Assembly (NCBI RefSeq): GCF_963921235.1
Contig: NC_086108.1
Location: forward strand, 82,212,001-82,276,000
Length of the DNA stretch: 64,000 nt
Direction: 5' to 3'
From: Mobula hypostoma
Lineage: Eukaryota
The notes under the pieces are model-generated. The model did not search any database. It was not told the origin of the DNA and was given only the letters and a program-made list of their open reading frames with translations. The stretch's first letter is position 1. Each line of letters opens with the position of its first letter. The position numbers and the translations under genes were made by a program. Shown here one piece after another: positions 25,369 through 37,454 of this stretch.

Positions 25369-26575
25369 TTAGATGTTAAGCTCCCAACTATGATCTTTCA
25401 GCCACGACTCAATGATATCCACATCATACCTGCCAATCTCTAACTGCACTATGAGATCACCTACCCTATTCTGTACACTGACTGCATTCAGATATGACAC
25501 CCTCAGTCTTGTATTCATCACCCTTTTTGATTTTGCTCCCACATTACACTTCAGCTCATCCCACTGACTGCAATTTTGCTCTATCACCTACCTGACTATC
25601 CTCACAGTCTCACTACACATTGCATCGACTTGTATACCAATTGCCCCATCCTCAGCCCTGTCCCTCAGTTTTCCATCCCCCTGCCAAGTTAGTTTAAACC
25701 TTTCCCAACAGCTCTAGCAAATATGCCCGGAAGGATATTCGTCCCCCTTGGGTTCAGATGTAATCCGTTCTTTTTGTACAAGCCAGAAGAGATCCCAATG
25801 ATCCAGAAAACTGAAACACTGCCCCCTGCACCAATTCCTCAGACATGCATTCATCTGCCAAATCATTCTTTTCTCACCATCACTGGTGCATGGCACAGGC
25901 AGCAATCTAGAGATTACTACCCTGGAGGTCCTGCTTTTCAGCTTTCTCCCTATCTCCCTATATTCTCTCTTTAGGACCTCCTCCCTTTTGCTACCTATGT
26001 CCTTGGTAACAATATGTACCATGACTTCTGGCTGCTCACTCTGCCCTTTTACAGTGCTGTAGACCCAGTATGAGACATCCCTGACCCCGACAGCTGGGAG
26101 GCAATACACCATCCATGTGCTTCTTTCGGAGCTTGTCTGTTCCTCTAACGATGGAATCCACTACCATTACTGCACTCCTCTTCACCCTTTCCTTTTGAGC
26201 CACAGAGCCAAGCTCAGTGCCAGAGATCCGGCCACTGGGGCTTCCCCCTGGCAGCTCTTCCCCTCCAACAGTATCCAAAGTGGTGTCCTTATTATTGATG
26301 GGAATGACCACAGGAGCACTCTGCACTGGCTACCTGTTCCCTTTCCCTCTCCTGATAGTCACCCGGGTACCTGTCTCCTGTGACTTAGAGGTAACTATCT
26401 CCCAGTAGCTGCTATCTATTCCCTCCTCATTCTCCCATATCAGGTAAAGGTCACCCAGGTATAATTGCAGTTCCTTAACACAATCTGCAAGGAGCTACAG
26501 CTCGGTGCACTTCATACAGATGTAGTTATCAGGAAGACTGGACGTCTCCCAGAGTTTCCACGTCTCGCATGAACA
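25369..26575 (-). mobile_element. CR1 LINE 5' part (esterase ORF1 and start of ORF2), decayed
   Basis: VVDSIVRG, CLP..GVRDVS, PEVMVHI, FLDHWDLFW and the ORF2 start YLNA.SV.N...IIESWL. Confidence 0.88.
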
Positions 26576-26925
26576 TACCACTAACCTATTATTACAAACT
26601 AGTTATGCATTAATAGACAAAGACAGAAAGAAAATGTAATAGAAACTTGCTTGGAGCCTCTTCCTGTTGAGCCAATGCCTAACCACTCCAACAATGGCCG
26701 GTCCACTTACGCCTCACTTCTTTATGTTGGCCTTTGCTGAATACCTAAAAATTGTTATGATTGCAGACCGCCAAAAATCTCGAATAGCTCCAAGCTATAT
26801 TTAAACCTCGCACTGCCTCAGCCAAACAAGACATTGCTCACGATTGTTGTAGCCCACCAAAACCCTTGCAAATTTCTATAGATTTATGGTGGAGAACATT
26901 CTGACTGGTTGCATCACTGCCTGAT

Positions 26926-29476
26926 ATAGTCATAGTCATAGTCGTAGTCATACTTTATTGATCCCGGGGGAAATTAGTTTTCGTTACAGTTGCACCATAA
27001 ATAATTAAATACTAATAAAACCATAAATAGTTAAATAGTAATATGTAAATTATGCCAGGAAATAAGTCCAGGACCAGCCTATTGGCTCAGGGTGTCTGAC
27101 CCTCCAAGGGAGGAGTTGTAAAGTTTGATGGCCACAGGCAGGAATGACTTCCTATGACGCTCTGTGTTGCATCTCAGTGGAATGAGTCTCTGGCTGAATG
27201 TACTCCTGTACCCACTCAGTACATTATGTAGTGGATGAGAGACATTGTCCAAGATGGCATGCAACTTGGACAGCATCCTCTTTTCAGACACCACCGTCAG
27301 AGAGTCCAGTTCCATCCCCACAACATCACTGGCCTTACGAATGAGTTTGTTGATTCTGTTGGTGTCTGCTACCCTCAGCCTGCTGCCCCAGCACACAACA
27401 GCAAACATGATCACACTGGCCACCACAGACTCGTAGAACATCCTCAGCATCGTCCGGCAGATGTTAAAGGACCTCAGTCTCCTCAGGAAATAGAGACGGC
27501 TCTGACCCTTCTTGTAGACAGCCTCAGTGTTCTTTGACCAGTCCAGTTTATTGTCAATTCGTATCCCCAGGTATTTGTAATCCTCCACCATGTCCACACT
27601 GACCCCCTGGATGGAAACAGGGGTCACCGGTACCTTAGCTCTCCTCAGGACTACACCAACTCCTTAGTCTTTTTCACATTAAGCTGCAGATAATTCTGCT
27701 CACACCATGTGACAAAGTTTCCTACTGTAGCCCTGTACTCAGCCTCATCTCCCTTGCTGATAAATCCAACGATGGCAGAATCATCAGAAAACTTCTGAAG
27801 ATGACAAGACTGTGCAGTAGTTGAAGTCCGAGGTGTAAATGGTGAAGCGAACGGGAGACAAGACAGTCCCCTGTGGAGTCCCAGTGCTGCTGATCACTCT
27901 GTCGGACACACAGTGTTGCAAGCACACGTACTGTGGTCTGCCAGTCAGGTAATCAAGAATTCATGACACCAGGAAAGCATCCACTTGCATCGCTGTCAGC
28001 TTCTCCCCCAGCAGAGCAGGGGGGATGGTGTTGAACGCACTGGAGAAGTCAAAAAACATGACCTTCACAGTGCTCGCTGGCTTGTCCAGGTGGGCGTAGA
28101 CACGGTTCAGCAGGTAGACAATGGCATCCTCAATTCCTAGTCGGGGCTGGTAGGTGAACTGGAGGGGATCTAAGTGCGGCCTGACCATAGGCTGGAGCAG
28201 CTCCAGAACAAGTCTCTCCAGGGTCTTCATGATGTGGGAGGTGAATGCCACTGGTCTGTAGTCATTGGGGCCGCTGGGGCGTGGCATCTTCGGCACAGGA
28301 ACGAGGCAGGACATCTTCCACAGTACAGGAACCCTCCGGAGCCTCAGGCTCAGGTTGAAGACATGGCGAAGTACTTCACATAGCTAAGGGGCACAGGCTT
28401 TGAGCACCCTGGTACTGACACCATCCGGTCCTGCAGCCTTGAGATGTTTCAGCTGTCTCCTCACCTGTTCCGCTGTGAAGCCCACCGTGGTGGTTTTGTG
28501 TGGGGAAGGGGTATAGTCATGAGAGCAGGGTGGGGGATTGTGAGGAGGGGTAGGAGGGGAGAGTGGAATATGTGTTGGTTGGGGGCCGACAACAGATGAC
28601 TCGTGGGGTTAGGACAGGGGCCACAATGTCAAATCTGTTAAAGAACAGGTTAAGTTCGTTGGCCCTGTCCACACTGCCTTCATCTCCCCTGTAGCTAGTT
28701 TGCCGGAACCCAGTGATGGTCCTCATCCCACTCCAGACCTCTCTCATGTTGTTCTGCTGGATTTTTCACTCAAGCTTCCTCCTGTACCTGTCTTTAGCCT
28801 CCCTGATCCTGGCCTTCAGGTCCCTCTGTATTGCCCTCAGCTCCTCCCTATTTCCATCTCTAAATGCCCTCCTTTTAGCGTTCAGGATGTCCTTAATGTG
28901 CTTTGTTACCAATGGCTTGTTATTTGAATAACAAAGGACAGTTCTTTTCGGAACATTGCAGTCCACACAGAAGTTGATGTAATCAGTGATGCACTCTGTG
29001 AGCCCATCAATATCCTCTCCATGTGGCTCACAGAGTGCCTGCCAGTCTGTCACCTCAAAACAACCCTGGAGCGCCTCATAAGCCTCCTTCGACCATTTTC
29101 TCACTATCCTCGAGGTAGCAGGTTTACTCTTCACCAGAGGCACGTAGCAGGGTTTTAGATGCCCCAGGTTGTGATCTGACCTTCCCAATGGCGGGAGGGG
29201 AGAGGAGCTGTATGCACCCTTAAAGTTAGCGTACATCAAATCCAGAGTCCTCTCCCCTCTGGTTGTACAGCTCACATACTGCGTGAAGTTGGGCAGTGTT
29301 CTAGCCATGGTAACATGGTTGAAGTCACCCGAGATGGTAATGAGGGCACTCGGGTGCTGGGTTTGTAATCTGGCTATGACGGTGTAAATGATGTTACACG
29401 CCGACGTAGGGTTGGCAGAGGGAGGGATGTACACAACAACCACAACTGCATGTGAGATTTCCATTGGCAAATAATA
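26926..29476 (-). mobile_element. Rex1/Babar LINE (APE endonuclease + RT), nested in an older + strand Rex1-like fragment
   Basis: VYIPPSAN, GDFN, LGRSDHNL, DYRPVAFTS, DPLQFTYQ and DFSSAFNTI motifs, with a (GACTAT)n tail. The host reading frame NFYRFMVENILTGCIT... (26870-26925) resumes as GGSN...LPTVKDIF at 29477-29690. Confidence 0.93.
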
Positions 29477-30099
29477 TGGAGGCTCCAACAGACAGGATCA
29501 AAAGAGGGTTATAGACTCAGCCATCTCCATAACAGGCATAACTCTCCCCACCGTCAAGGACATTTTCAAGAGGTGGTGCCTTGATTAGGCAGCATCCATC
29601 ACTAAAGACTCTCACCATCTGGGCCACGCTGTTTTCTCAGTACTACCATCATCGAGGAGGTACAGCAGCCTTAAGACCACACCCAGCATTGTTATAAGAC
29701 TTTTAAGTGGTTCCCTAGTGTGAACAAGTAGATTATAGACCTCACAATCTACCTCATTATGATCTTGAATTTTACTGTTTACACTTTATCTATAGCTGAG
29801 AAACACCAGACACTTATTGGATGAAGGGTCTCGGAAAGGTCGACTGTTTTATTTGCCTCCATAGATACTGCCTGACCTGCCGAGATCTCCAGCATTGTGT
29901 GTGTGTGTTTCTCTGTAGTTGTCACAGTTTATTCTGCATTGTTTTACCTTGTTCTAACCCCATACATTGTGTAATGATTTGATCTGTATGAACATTATGC
30001 AGGACACGCATTTAACTGTATCTTGGTACATGCGATACTGATAAACCAATTCCAACTTATTTACTTTATAACAGTTCGTAAATTGTCATTACTATTCTT

Positions 30100-30359
30100 T
30101 AGCGCTACGCGGAGTTTACGGTGTTAATTTGCACACTGTAGTCGGTTCTATTAAAGGAGTGTCACACATTTCACACCATCACGTACTGTACTTGCCCAGC
30201 GATACGTTACTAATCATTAGCGTTGTTGCGGGTCGGAACTGGAGTCCGGGGCCACGGGGAACGAGATACGGGACGGTGCAACCGGAAGCACGCTTTCCTG
30301 AATGGGACCAACTGCCTAATCTCCAGTGTATTATCTGTGGACGTCCTGCTGGGGCCGCG
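30100..30359 (+). promoter_or_regulatory. TTC4: TTC4 CpG-rich promoter / 5' UTR
   Basis: Local CpG enrichment directly before the ATG, with an ETS-like CCGGAAG at 30282-30288. Confidence 0.65.
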
Positions 30360-30467
30360 ATGGCTTCTGCGACTGTTCCAGAGGAAGAGGATGGCATGGA
30401 CGAGTTCATCGAACAGTTCAAGGGGAAGAAGTACAAAGATGGTTTCAATGAGGATAATTGGGAAGAG
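30360..30467 (+). CDS. TTC4: TTC4 exon 1 (MASATVPEEEDGMDEFIEQFKGKKYKDGFNEDNWEE)
   Basis: Kozak context gcgATGG, MDEF..F....Y..GF.ED.WE. TTC4 N-terminus and GAG|gtggga donor. Confidence 0.93.
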
Positions 30468-31082
30468 GTGGGATTTGGAGAACTGGCCAGGAATATGTGA
30501 GGATGTGATTTTTTTTTCAACGATCATCATACTGAATGGTGTGGTAGAAACGAGGGGCCGAATAGCGTTTCAAACAATGCAGAATTTCATGTTTAGAAAT
30601 ACTGGTACAAAAGGGTTTGAAATACTACTGTAAAATCATCAGCGATGGCTTGTAACTTGTTAGCGTTTTGTAGATGGCCTGACTTCAGGATTATAACAAG
30701 TTACTCTGATAACAGTGATTGCATGTTCTGCAAATAGTGGCAGTTTTTGATTTTCAGTATTGTCGGAATTCTTTGAGATGAAACGTTACCAAGGTCCAAA
30801 ACTTCCTGACAACCAAGCCATAGAGCCGCTTAGGTATCTAAATGCCTGTGATTGTAGCCGGATAAGACTTGATCCGTGTCGGCCTCAGCATCCTTGCGCA
30901 TAACCTGATAGAGTGTTCAGGTCACTCTTCCGCTGCCCCTCCGAGACGCAACTAAATCTCAGCTGGTGGAAGATGTGACCCAGCTTCACTGTTTCACATT
31001 GTCTCTGATTTTCAGAGAATAATTAGTCGTCAGCAACGATACCACAGATCTCCCTGATGGACTGTTGAGAATAACTTGACTT

Positions 31083-31735
31083 GATTAGATTCAACTTAAT
31101 TTGTCATTGTGCCGAGTACAGATACAAAGCCAATGAAATGCAATTAGCATCTGACCAGAAGTGCAAAAGAATAGTGTTATTTACAAAATAACTGCGAATA
31201 AAAAGTAAGCGCTACAGCATACAAATATAAAAGTACTGAGACAGTACAATATGGGTGCAATACTGCTTAGCGCTGTGATGTGAGGTTCAGCAGGGTCACA
31301 GCCTCAGGGAAGAAGCTCTTCCTGTGCCTGCTGGTGCAGGAGCGGAGGCTCCTGTAGCCCCTACCGGATGGGAGGAGAGTTAAAAAGTCCATGGTTAGGG
31401 TGAGATGCATCCTTGATAATGCTTTTCACCCTGTCCAGGCAGCGTTTATGGTAGATGTTCTCAATGGTGGGCAATTGGGTGCCGATAATCCGCTGGGCAG
31501 TTTTCAGCTTTGCGGTCCGATAGGGGACAATTGCCATACCACACTGAGATATAGTTGGTGAGTATGCTCTCAATGGTACAGCGGTAAAAGTCTGTCAGTA
31601 TCCTGGGACAGAGGTGAGCTTTCTTGATGCTCCACAGGAAATAAAGGCACTGTTGCGCCTTTTTGATCAGGATGGAGGAGTTCAGGGACCAGGTGAGATT
31701 ATCAGAAATATGGACACCAAGGAATTTGAAGCTTG
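31083..31735 (-). mobile_element. Rex1/Babar-type LINE 3' fragment
   Basis: FKFLGVHISDNLTWS...KKAQQCLYFL...FYRCTIESILT on the minus strand. Confidence 0.8.
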
Positions 31736-32905
31736 AATAATTTAAAAATGATCAGAGAAAGGAATAGTAATGTTTAAGAGCACATTTAGTTGGTAGAAAA
31801 TAAGTTAACATGAAAACAACACAATACTTAATATTGCTTACCTTCCGATAGCAACAAAATTCAAGTGAATGACATGGGCTGTTGTGAAACTGAAAAATCA
31901 CCTGGAAGGAATCCAGTTTAAAGTAAATTTATTATCAAAATACATAGATGTTACCATATACAACCCTGAGATTCATTCTCTTGTGGACAATCACAGTAAA
32001 CATAAGAAATACAATAGGATCAATGAAAGACTGCCCCCAGTAGTACGGACAGCAACTCATGTGCAAGAGACAACAAATGGCAAATACAAAACAAAAAAAA
32101 AACACTGGTCTTGCAACTGATTGTTCTGTTTCCAAATTTCTTTCCCTATTGGTTGTTGAACATACTATTTAGATCAAAATCCATGGCCACTACCTTTCCC
32201 ATCACTCCAGATCCAAATTTCTCCAATCAGTTTTCTACTGCTTTAACAGCACAATCCTAATCAAAATCACAAATTAGATCATCTGCATCTTAACTGTATT
32301 TTTTAAACTTCTCTATGACATTTCTGCCTACTTTTATAAAGCAGTTGAAAACTCTTTATTGAATATAGAGTTCATTGGAACTAACTTTGTTACTTCCGGT
32401 CTTGCCTGTATAATTGAGTCCAGAAGATCTCCAGCCATTGCCTCTGGAATATCTTTGTCACTATGAATTATCTGCTGACAGCTTCCACAGGATTACTGGT
32501 AGTTCTAACCTTCAACCACCTCATGATCCTTTCCATTCTTTATTAGTGACACCTTGGGATATTGAGAGAGCCAAACACCAATTTTTTTTTTAACCAGAGA
32601 ATCGGTCTTCATATTAAATTTCAGTTTAAAATAAAATACTGCACTTCCTTCATTGTTAAAATACCCATCTTTATACTACTTCCGATTAAGTATGGAAATC
32701 TTACCTTGTTGATAAAAGTGAAAAGGTTTCCGTTTGCCGTGAGAATAGAGCTAACTTTGCATATTATATGCAAATTGTGATCAAAAATAGGAGACCCCTT
32801 TCATCTCAGTTTCTCCATGTAGCAACCTGGATCAAGGAAAGAATATCAGTAGCAGGAAACTAAGGGCTTGGTTTTAATCATATCCGTATAATTTTTCCCA
32901 TCAAG

Positions 32906-33023
32906 GAGTTTGACAAAATTCCAATGTTTATGAAAAAGGCACCAGAAGAACTTGATCCTATGGAGCATCCAGAACTTGCCTGCATCCAAACTATATTGTA
33001 CGATGAGGATCAATCTCCAGAAG
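32906..33023 (+). CDS. TTC4: TTC4 exon 2 (EFDKIPMFMKKAPEELDPMEHPELACIQTILYDEDQSPE)
   Basis: catcaag acceptor and AAG|gtacgt donor. The P.FM..AP.E.DP...P.LAC.Q motif is present. Confidence 0.95.
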
Positions 33024-33329
33024 GTACGTGCAAAATATACAAAATTCTAAATTTCCTCAGTGAAGAACAATGACACATTAGTTCCTCACAGAAAATGTTA
33101 TACCCTGAATAAAGTTTTTCTATCAATGACAAGTTATTCTGTATTCTACACAAAGCCGGTAAAATGATAAATTTTCTAAGCTGTACTCTTTCAACTATAT
33201 TCAATGTATCTTTTCCAAATAATAGAAAGCAGGTAATCACCTTAGCTTCAATTTAATTACATTTCTTTAATGTCGATAATGTTAGAACCATAAAACTCAT
33301 GCAGAAATATTGAGAGGACTCTCAGGCCA

Positions 33330-36300
33330 ACCCTTGAAATGAACGAGATTGCTGGGGTCTTAACAGAGATCCTTGTATTCTCTTTAATCATGGACAAGGT
33401 ACCAGTAGACTGGAGAATAGCCAATGTTGTTGCTTTAAGAAGGGCAATGGGGACCGTCCAGGAAATAAGAGGCCTAGTGGGAGGGAAATTATTGAAGAAA
33501 ATTCTGAGAAAGAGGATTTAGTTGCATTTAGAAAAGCATAAACTTACTTGGGATAGTCAGCATGGCTTTGCGCAGGGGAGTTGTTGTCTTTCAAACTTAA
33601 TTGAGTTTTGTTTGAGGAAGTGTCAAAGTTGATTGAGGTAGGGTAGTGACTTGTTTACCTGAACTTCAGTAAATCATTTCTCAAGGTCAAGAATATTAAG
33701 TAACATGAGATCCCTAGTGGCTTGGTCTTATAAAACAGAGGGATGTTTCTCTTTCAGGAGGTTTGTGACAGATCCCTGATCTGTGTTTGTGATTCAGGGA
33801 TCATAAGACCATAAGATATAGGGGCAGAGGCAGGCCATTCGGCCCGTCAAGTCTGACTGCCATTCAATCATGGGCTGATCTAATTCTTCCAGTCATCCCC
33901 ACTCCCCTGCCTTCTCCCCATACCCTTTGATGGCCTGGCTAATCAAGAACCTATCTATCTCTGCCTTAACTGCACCCAATGGCTTGGCCTCCACAGCCGC
34001 TCGTGGCAACAAATTCCATAGATTTACCACCCTCTGACTAAAGGAATTTCTCTGCATCTCTGTTCTAAATGGACATTCTTTAATCCTGAAGTCATGCCCT
34101 CTTGTCTTGGACTCCCCTACCATGGGAAATAACTTTGCCATATCTAATCTGTTCAGGCCTTCTAACATTCGGAATGTTCCTATGAGATCCCTCCTCATTC
34201 TCCTGAGCTCCAGGGAATACAGCCCAAGAGCTGCCAGACGTCCCTCATACGGTAACCCTTTCATTCCTGGAATCATTCTTGTGAATCTTCTCTGAACCCT
34301 CTCTAATGCCAGTATATCCTTTCTAAAATAAGGAGCCCAAAACTGCACACAGTACCCTAAGTGTGGTCTCACGGGTGCCTTATAGAGCCTCAACATCACA
34401 TCCCTGCTCTTATATTTTATACCTCCAGAAATGAATGCCAACATTGCATTTGCCTTCTTCACCAACGACTAAACCTGGAGGTTAACCTTTATGGTATCCT
34501 GCACAAGGACTCCCAAGTCCCTTTGCATCTCTGCATTTTGAATTCTCTCCCCATCTAAATAATAGTCTGCCCGTTTATTTCCTCCACCAAAGTGCATGAC
34601 CATACACTTTCCAACATTGTATTTCATTTGCCACTTCTTTGCCCATTCCCCTAAACTTCTCTGCAGGCTCTCTGTTTCCTCAACACTACCCGCTCCTCCT
34701 CCTATCTTTGTATCATCGGCAAATTTAGCCGCAAATCCATTAGTCCCATAGTCCAAATCATTGACATATCATAAAAAGCAGCGGTCCAAACACTGACCCC
34801 TGTAGAACTCCACTGGTAACCGGCAGCCAGCCAGAACAGGATCCCTTTATTCCCACTCTCTGTTTTCTGCCGATCAGTCAAAGCTCCACCCATGCTGGTA
34901 ACTCCCCTGTAATTCCATGGGCTCTTATCTTGTTAAGCAGCTTCATGCGGCACCTTGTCAAGTGTCTTCTGAAAATCCAAGTACACCACATCCACTGCAT
35001 CTCCTTTGTCTACCCTGCTTGTAATTTCCTCAAGAAATTGCAGTAGGTTAGTGAGGCAGGATTTTCCTTTCAGGAAACCATGCTGGCTTTGACCTATCTT
35101 GTCATGTGCCTCCAGGTACTCCGGAATCTTATCCCTAACAGTCGATTCCAACAACTTCCCAACCACTAATGTCAGGCTAACAAGTCTATAGTTTCCTTTC
35201 TGCTGCCTCCCACCCTTCTTAAATAGCAGAGTAACATTTGCAGTTTTCCAGTCATCCAGTACAATGCCAGAATCTATCGATTCTTGAAAGATCATTGTTA
35301 TTGCCTCCTCAATCTCTCCAGCTACTTCCTTCAGAACCCGAGAGTGCATTCCATCAGGTCCAGGAGATTTATCCACCCTCAGACCATTACGCTTCCTGAG
35401 CACCTTCTCAGTCGTAATTTTCACTGCACATACTTCACTTCCCTGACAGTCTTGAATGTCCAGTATACTGCAGATATCTTCCACTGTGAAGTAAGGGACT
35501 TCTATTATATAAATAATCTGTTCAAAAGTACTGATCGGCTGATTAAAGCTTTACAGATGACACAAGAGTTGGCAAGTTGTGGATATTGAGAAGATTCAGT
35601 TGGATATAGACGGGTTACAATTGTGGTAAGAGAAATAGTGGATAGAGTTTAATACTGGCAAGTGTGAGATAATGCATTTTGGGAATTCAGATATAAGAGT
35701 AAAGACAACAGCAGGACCCTTGGGACCGTGAATGATGGGATCTTGGGGTACATGTCCACTGAAAGTGGGAACAGGGATGGTGGTAGAAATATTGGCATTC
35801 TAGTCACTTTCATTGAGGAATTTAGTATAAAACTGGCATTCATCTTTCAGCTGCTTTAAACATTGGGAGTATAGTTGTACAGTTCTGGTTACCATTGCAA
35901 TAAGAAGAATTTGGGTGCATTTGAACGGTGGCAGAAGATGTTCACAGGATGTTGCCTGGATTGCAGATTATTGGCTACAAAGAAAGGTTGGACACAGTTG
36001 GACTGTCTACTCTGGAGAGTTGGAAACTGAGAGTGACCTGATAGAAATATAAAACCTTTTAAGATTCATAGATGGGGTAGAATGTTCTAGGCTGGAAATA
36101 TCAAACAGTAGAGGGCATAGGTTTAAGATGAGAGGGAGGAAAATTGAAAGGAGATTTGCAGGGCAAGATTTTTTTTTTACTTAGTGTGGTAGTTGTCTGA
36201 AATGCACTGCCTGACCAGCAGATAAGATAGCAATGTTTAAGAGGCAGATGAGATTAGTTTGGATTGATACCATGAGTGGCGCAGATGTCATAGGGCAAAG

Positions 36301-36335
36301 GGCCACGTTCCTGTGCTGTACTGTTCTCTGTTCTT
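33330..36335 (+). mobile_element. Old + strand CR1 fragment interrupted by a younger minus-strand CR1
   Basis: VPVDWRIANV and SQHGF lie before 33800. The RT region resumes after 35491 and ends in a CR1 tail at ~36330. Confidence 0.65.
33802..35491 (-). mobile_element. CR1 LINE 3' 1.7 kb (RT and tail)
   Basis: KSPGPDG, SQHGF, YLDFQK, KFADDTK and VRPHLGYCVQFWAP motifs, with a TCTTATGG-repeat tail. Confidence 0.93.
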
Positions 36336-36454
36336 TGAAACTGTTTGTTGTTCTTGCAAAATTAATCAATTGATCAGATTTGTCTATAATGGGTCTGAAT
36401 GATGATTTTACTATATTTACATAGTGTAACGCGTTCCTAAATGATGTTTTACAG

Positions 36455-36616
36455 AACTTGCAAAAACATACAAGAATGAAGGAAACCAGTACTTCAAGGA
36501 AAAGAATTATAAAAAAGCAGTCGTCTCTTACACAGAGGGTCTGAAGAGGAAATGCTCTGACACAGAGCTAAATGTTATACTTTATACAAACAGAGCCGCA
36601 GCACAATTTTACTTGG
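36455..36616 (+). CDS. TTC4: TTC4 exon 3 (TPR: LAKTYKNEGNQYFKEKNYKKAVVSYTEGL...LYTNRAAAQFYL)
   Basis: ttttacag acceptor and G|gtatga donor. Carboxylate-clamp-type TPR. Confidence 0.96.
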
Positions 36617-37171
36617 GTATGACTTGTTGGTACTTTGCAAGTCTGTGGAGGGAACATGACTAGGATGAATGATTTATTTAGAAGCTCAACACAGAGGATT
36701 TAGATTTAGAATTGATTGGGATTAGAGTAATGTGATTCAAGTTTTGAGTGTTGATGGGTTTTGGGCTGAATTTTATTTCTTCATGAACAAATGTTTGCAG
36801 ACTAAATTAATGATTTGTTATTAAAACCATAAAAATGAGAAAGAAGTTGCAACACAAACAGACCATTAAAATCCCTGACAGTCTGTTCATAAAGCTAGTA
36901 ATCTTACTTGGAGTAGAAGCAATAATACTTGTGTTTAATAGAATTCTTTTATAATGCAGTTGAGTAAGGTGAGGCAATACATTTTAAGCATTACTCTACT
37001 ACAAAATTAGCTCTCAAAATAATAACAAGGCATAAATTAGAAGGCTCAGCTAAGAAGATGATAGCTGGTTATGTAGTTTTTTCTTCGAGAGAATTCACCC
37101 ACTACTGGCTGCTAGTTGGTAAGGAGAAAACAAAGTGAAAAATAATACTAGATTTGATATTCTGTCTCCAG

Positions 37172-37249
37172 GTAATAATCGATCAGCATTAAATGACGTG
37201 ATTGCAGCTCGGAAACTGAAACCAAATCATTTGAAAGCAATAATCAGAG
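37172..37249 (+). CDS. TTC4: TTC4 exon 4 (GNNRSALNDVIAARKLKPNHLKAIIR)
   Basis: ctccag acceptor and G|gtagga donor, in phase. Confidence 0.95.
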
Positions 37250-37418
37250 GTAGGATTGTAGTAATCGTTTTGTTTTATTTTTCTTCCCATCCCTTCCAAG
37301 GAGAAGTATGGCCTATAACCTAACACGAGGAATTCTGCAGATGCTGGAAATTCAAGCAACACACATCAAAGTAGCTGGTGAACGCAGCAGGTCAGGCAGC
37401 ATCTCTAGGAAGAGGTAC

Positions 37419-37454
37419 AGTCGACGTTTCAGGCCGAGACCCTTCGTCAGGACT
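37419..37454 (-). ncRNA. Minimal type I hammerhead ribozyme (Penelope pLTR), intact core
   Basis: Minus strand reads AGTC-CTGACGA-AGGGTCTCGGCCT-GAAAC-GTC-GACT: stem I AGTC/GACT, CUGANGA and GAAA boxes, GUC cleavage triplet. Confidence 0.85.

Noticed and set aside
26926-26952. ATAGTC tandem repeat as a CRISPR or telomere-like array
   Set aside because: It is the microsatellite tail of the Rex1 LINE and has no spacers.
30129-30359. In-frame open stretch upstream of the TTC4 ATG as an N-terminal extension
   Set aside because: Non-ATG start in promoter-like GC-rich DNA, with no recognisable similarity to TTC4.
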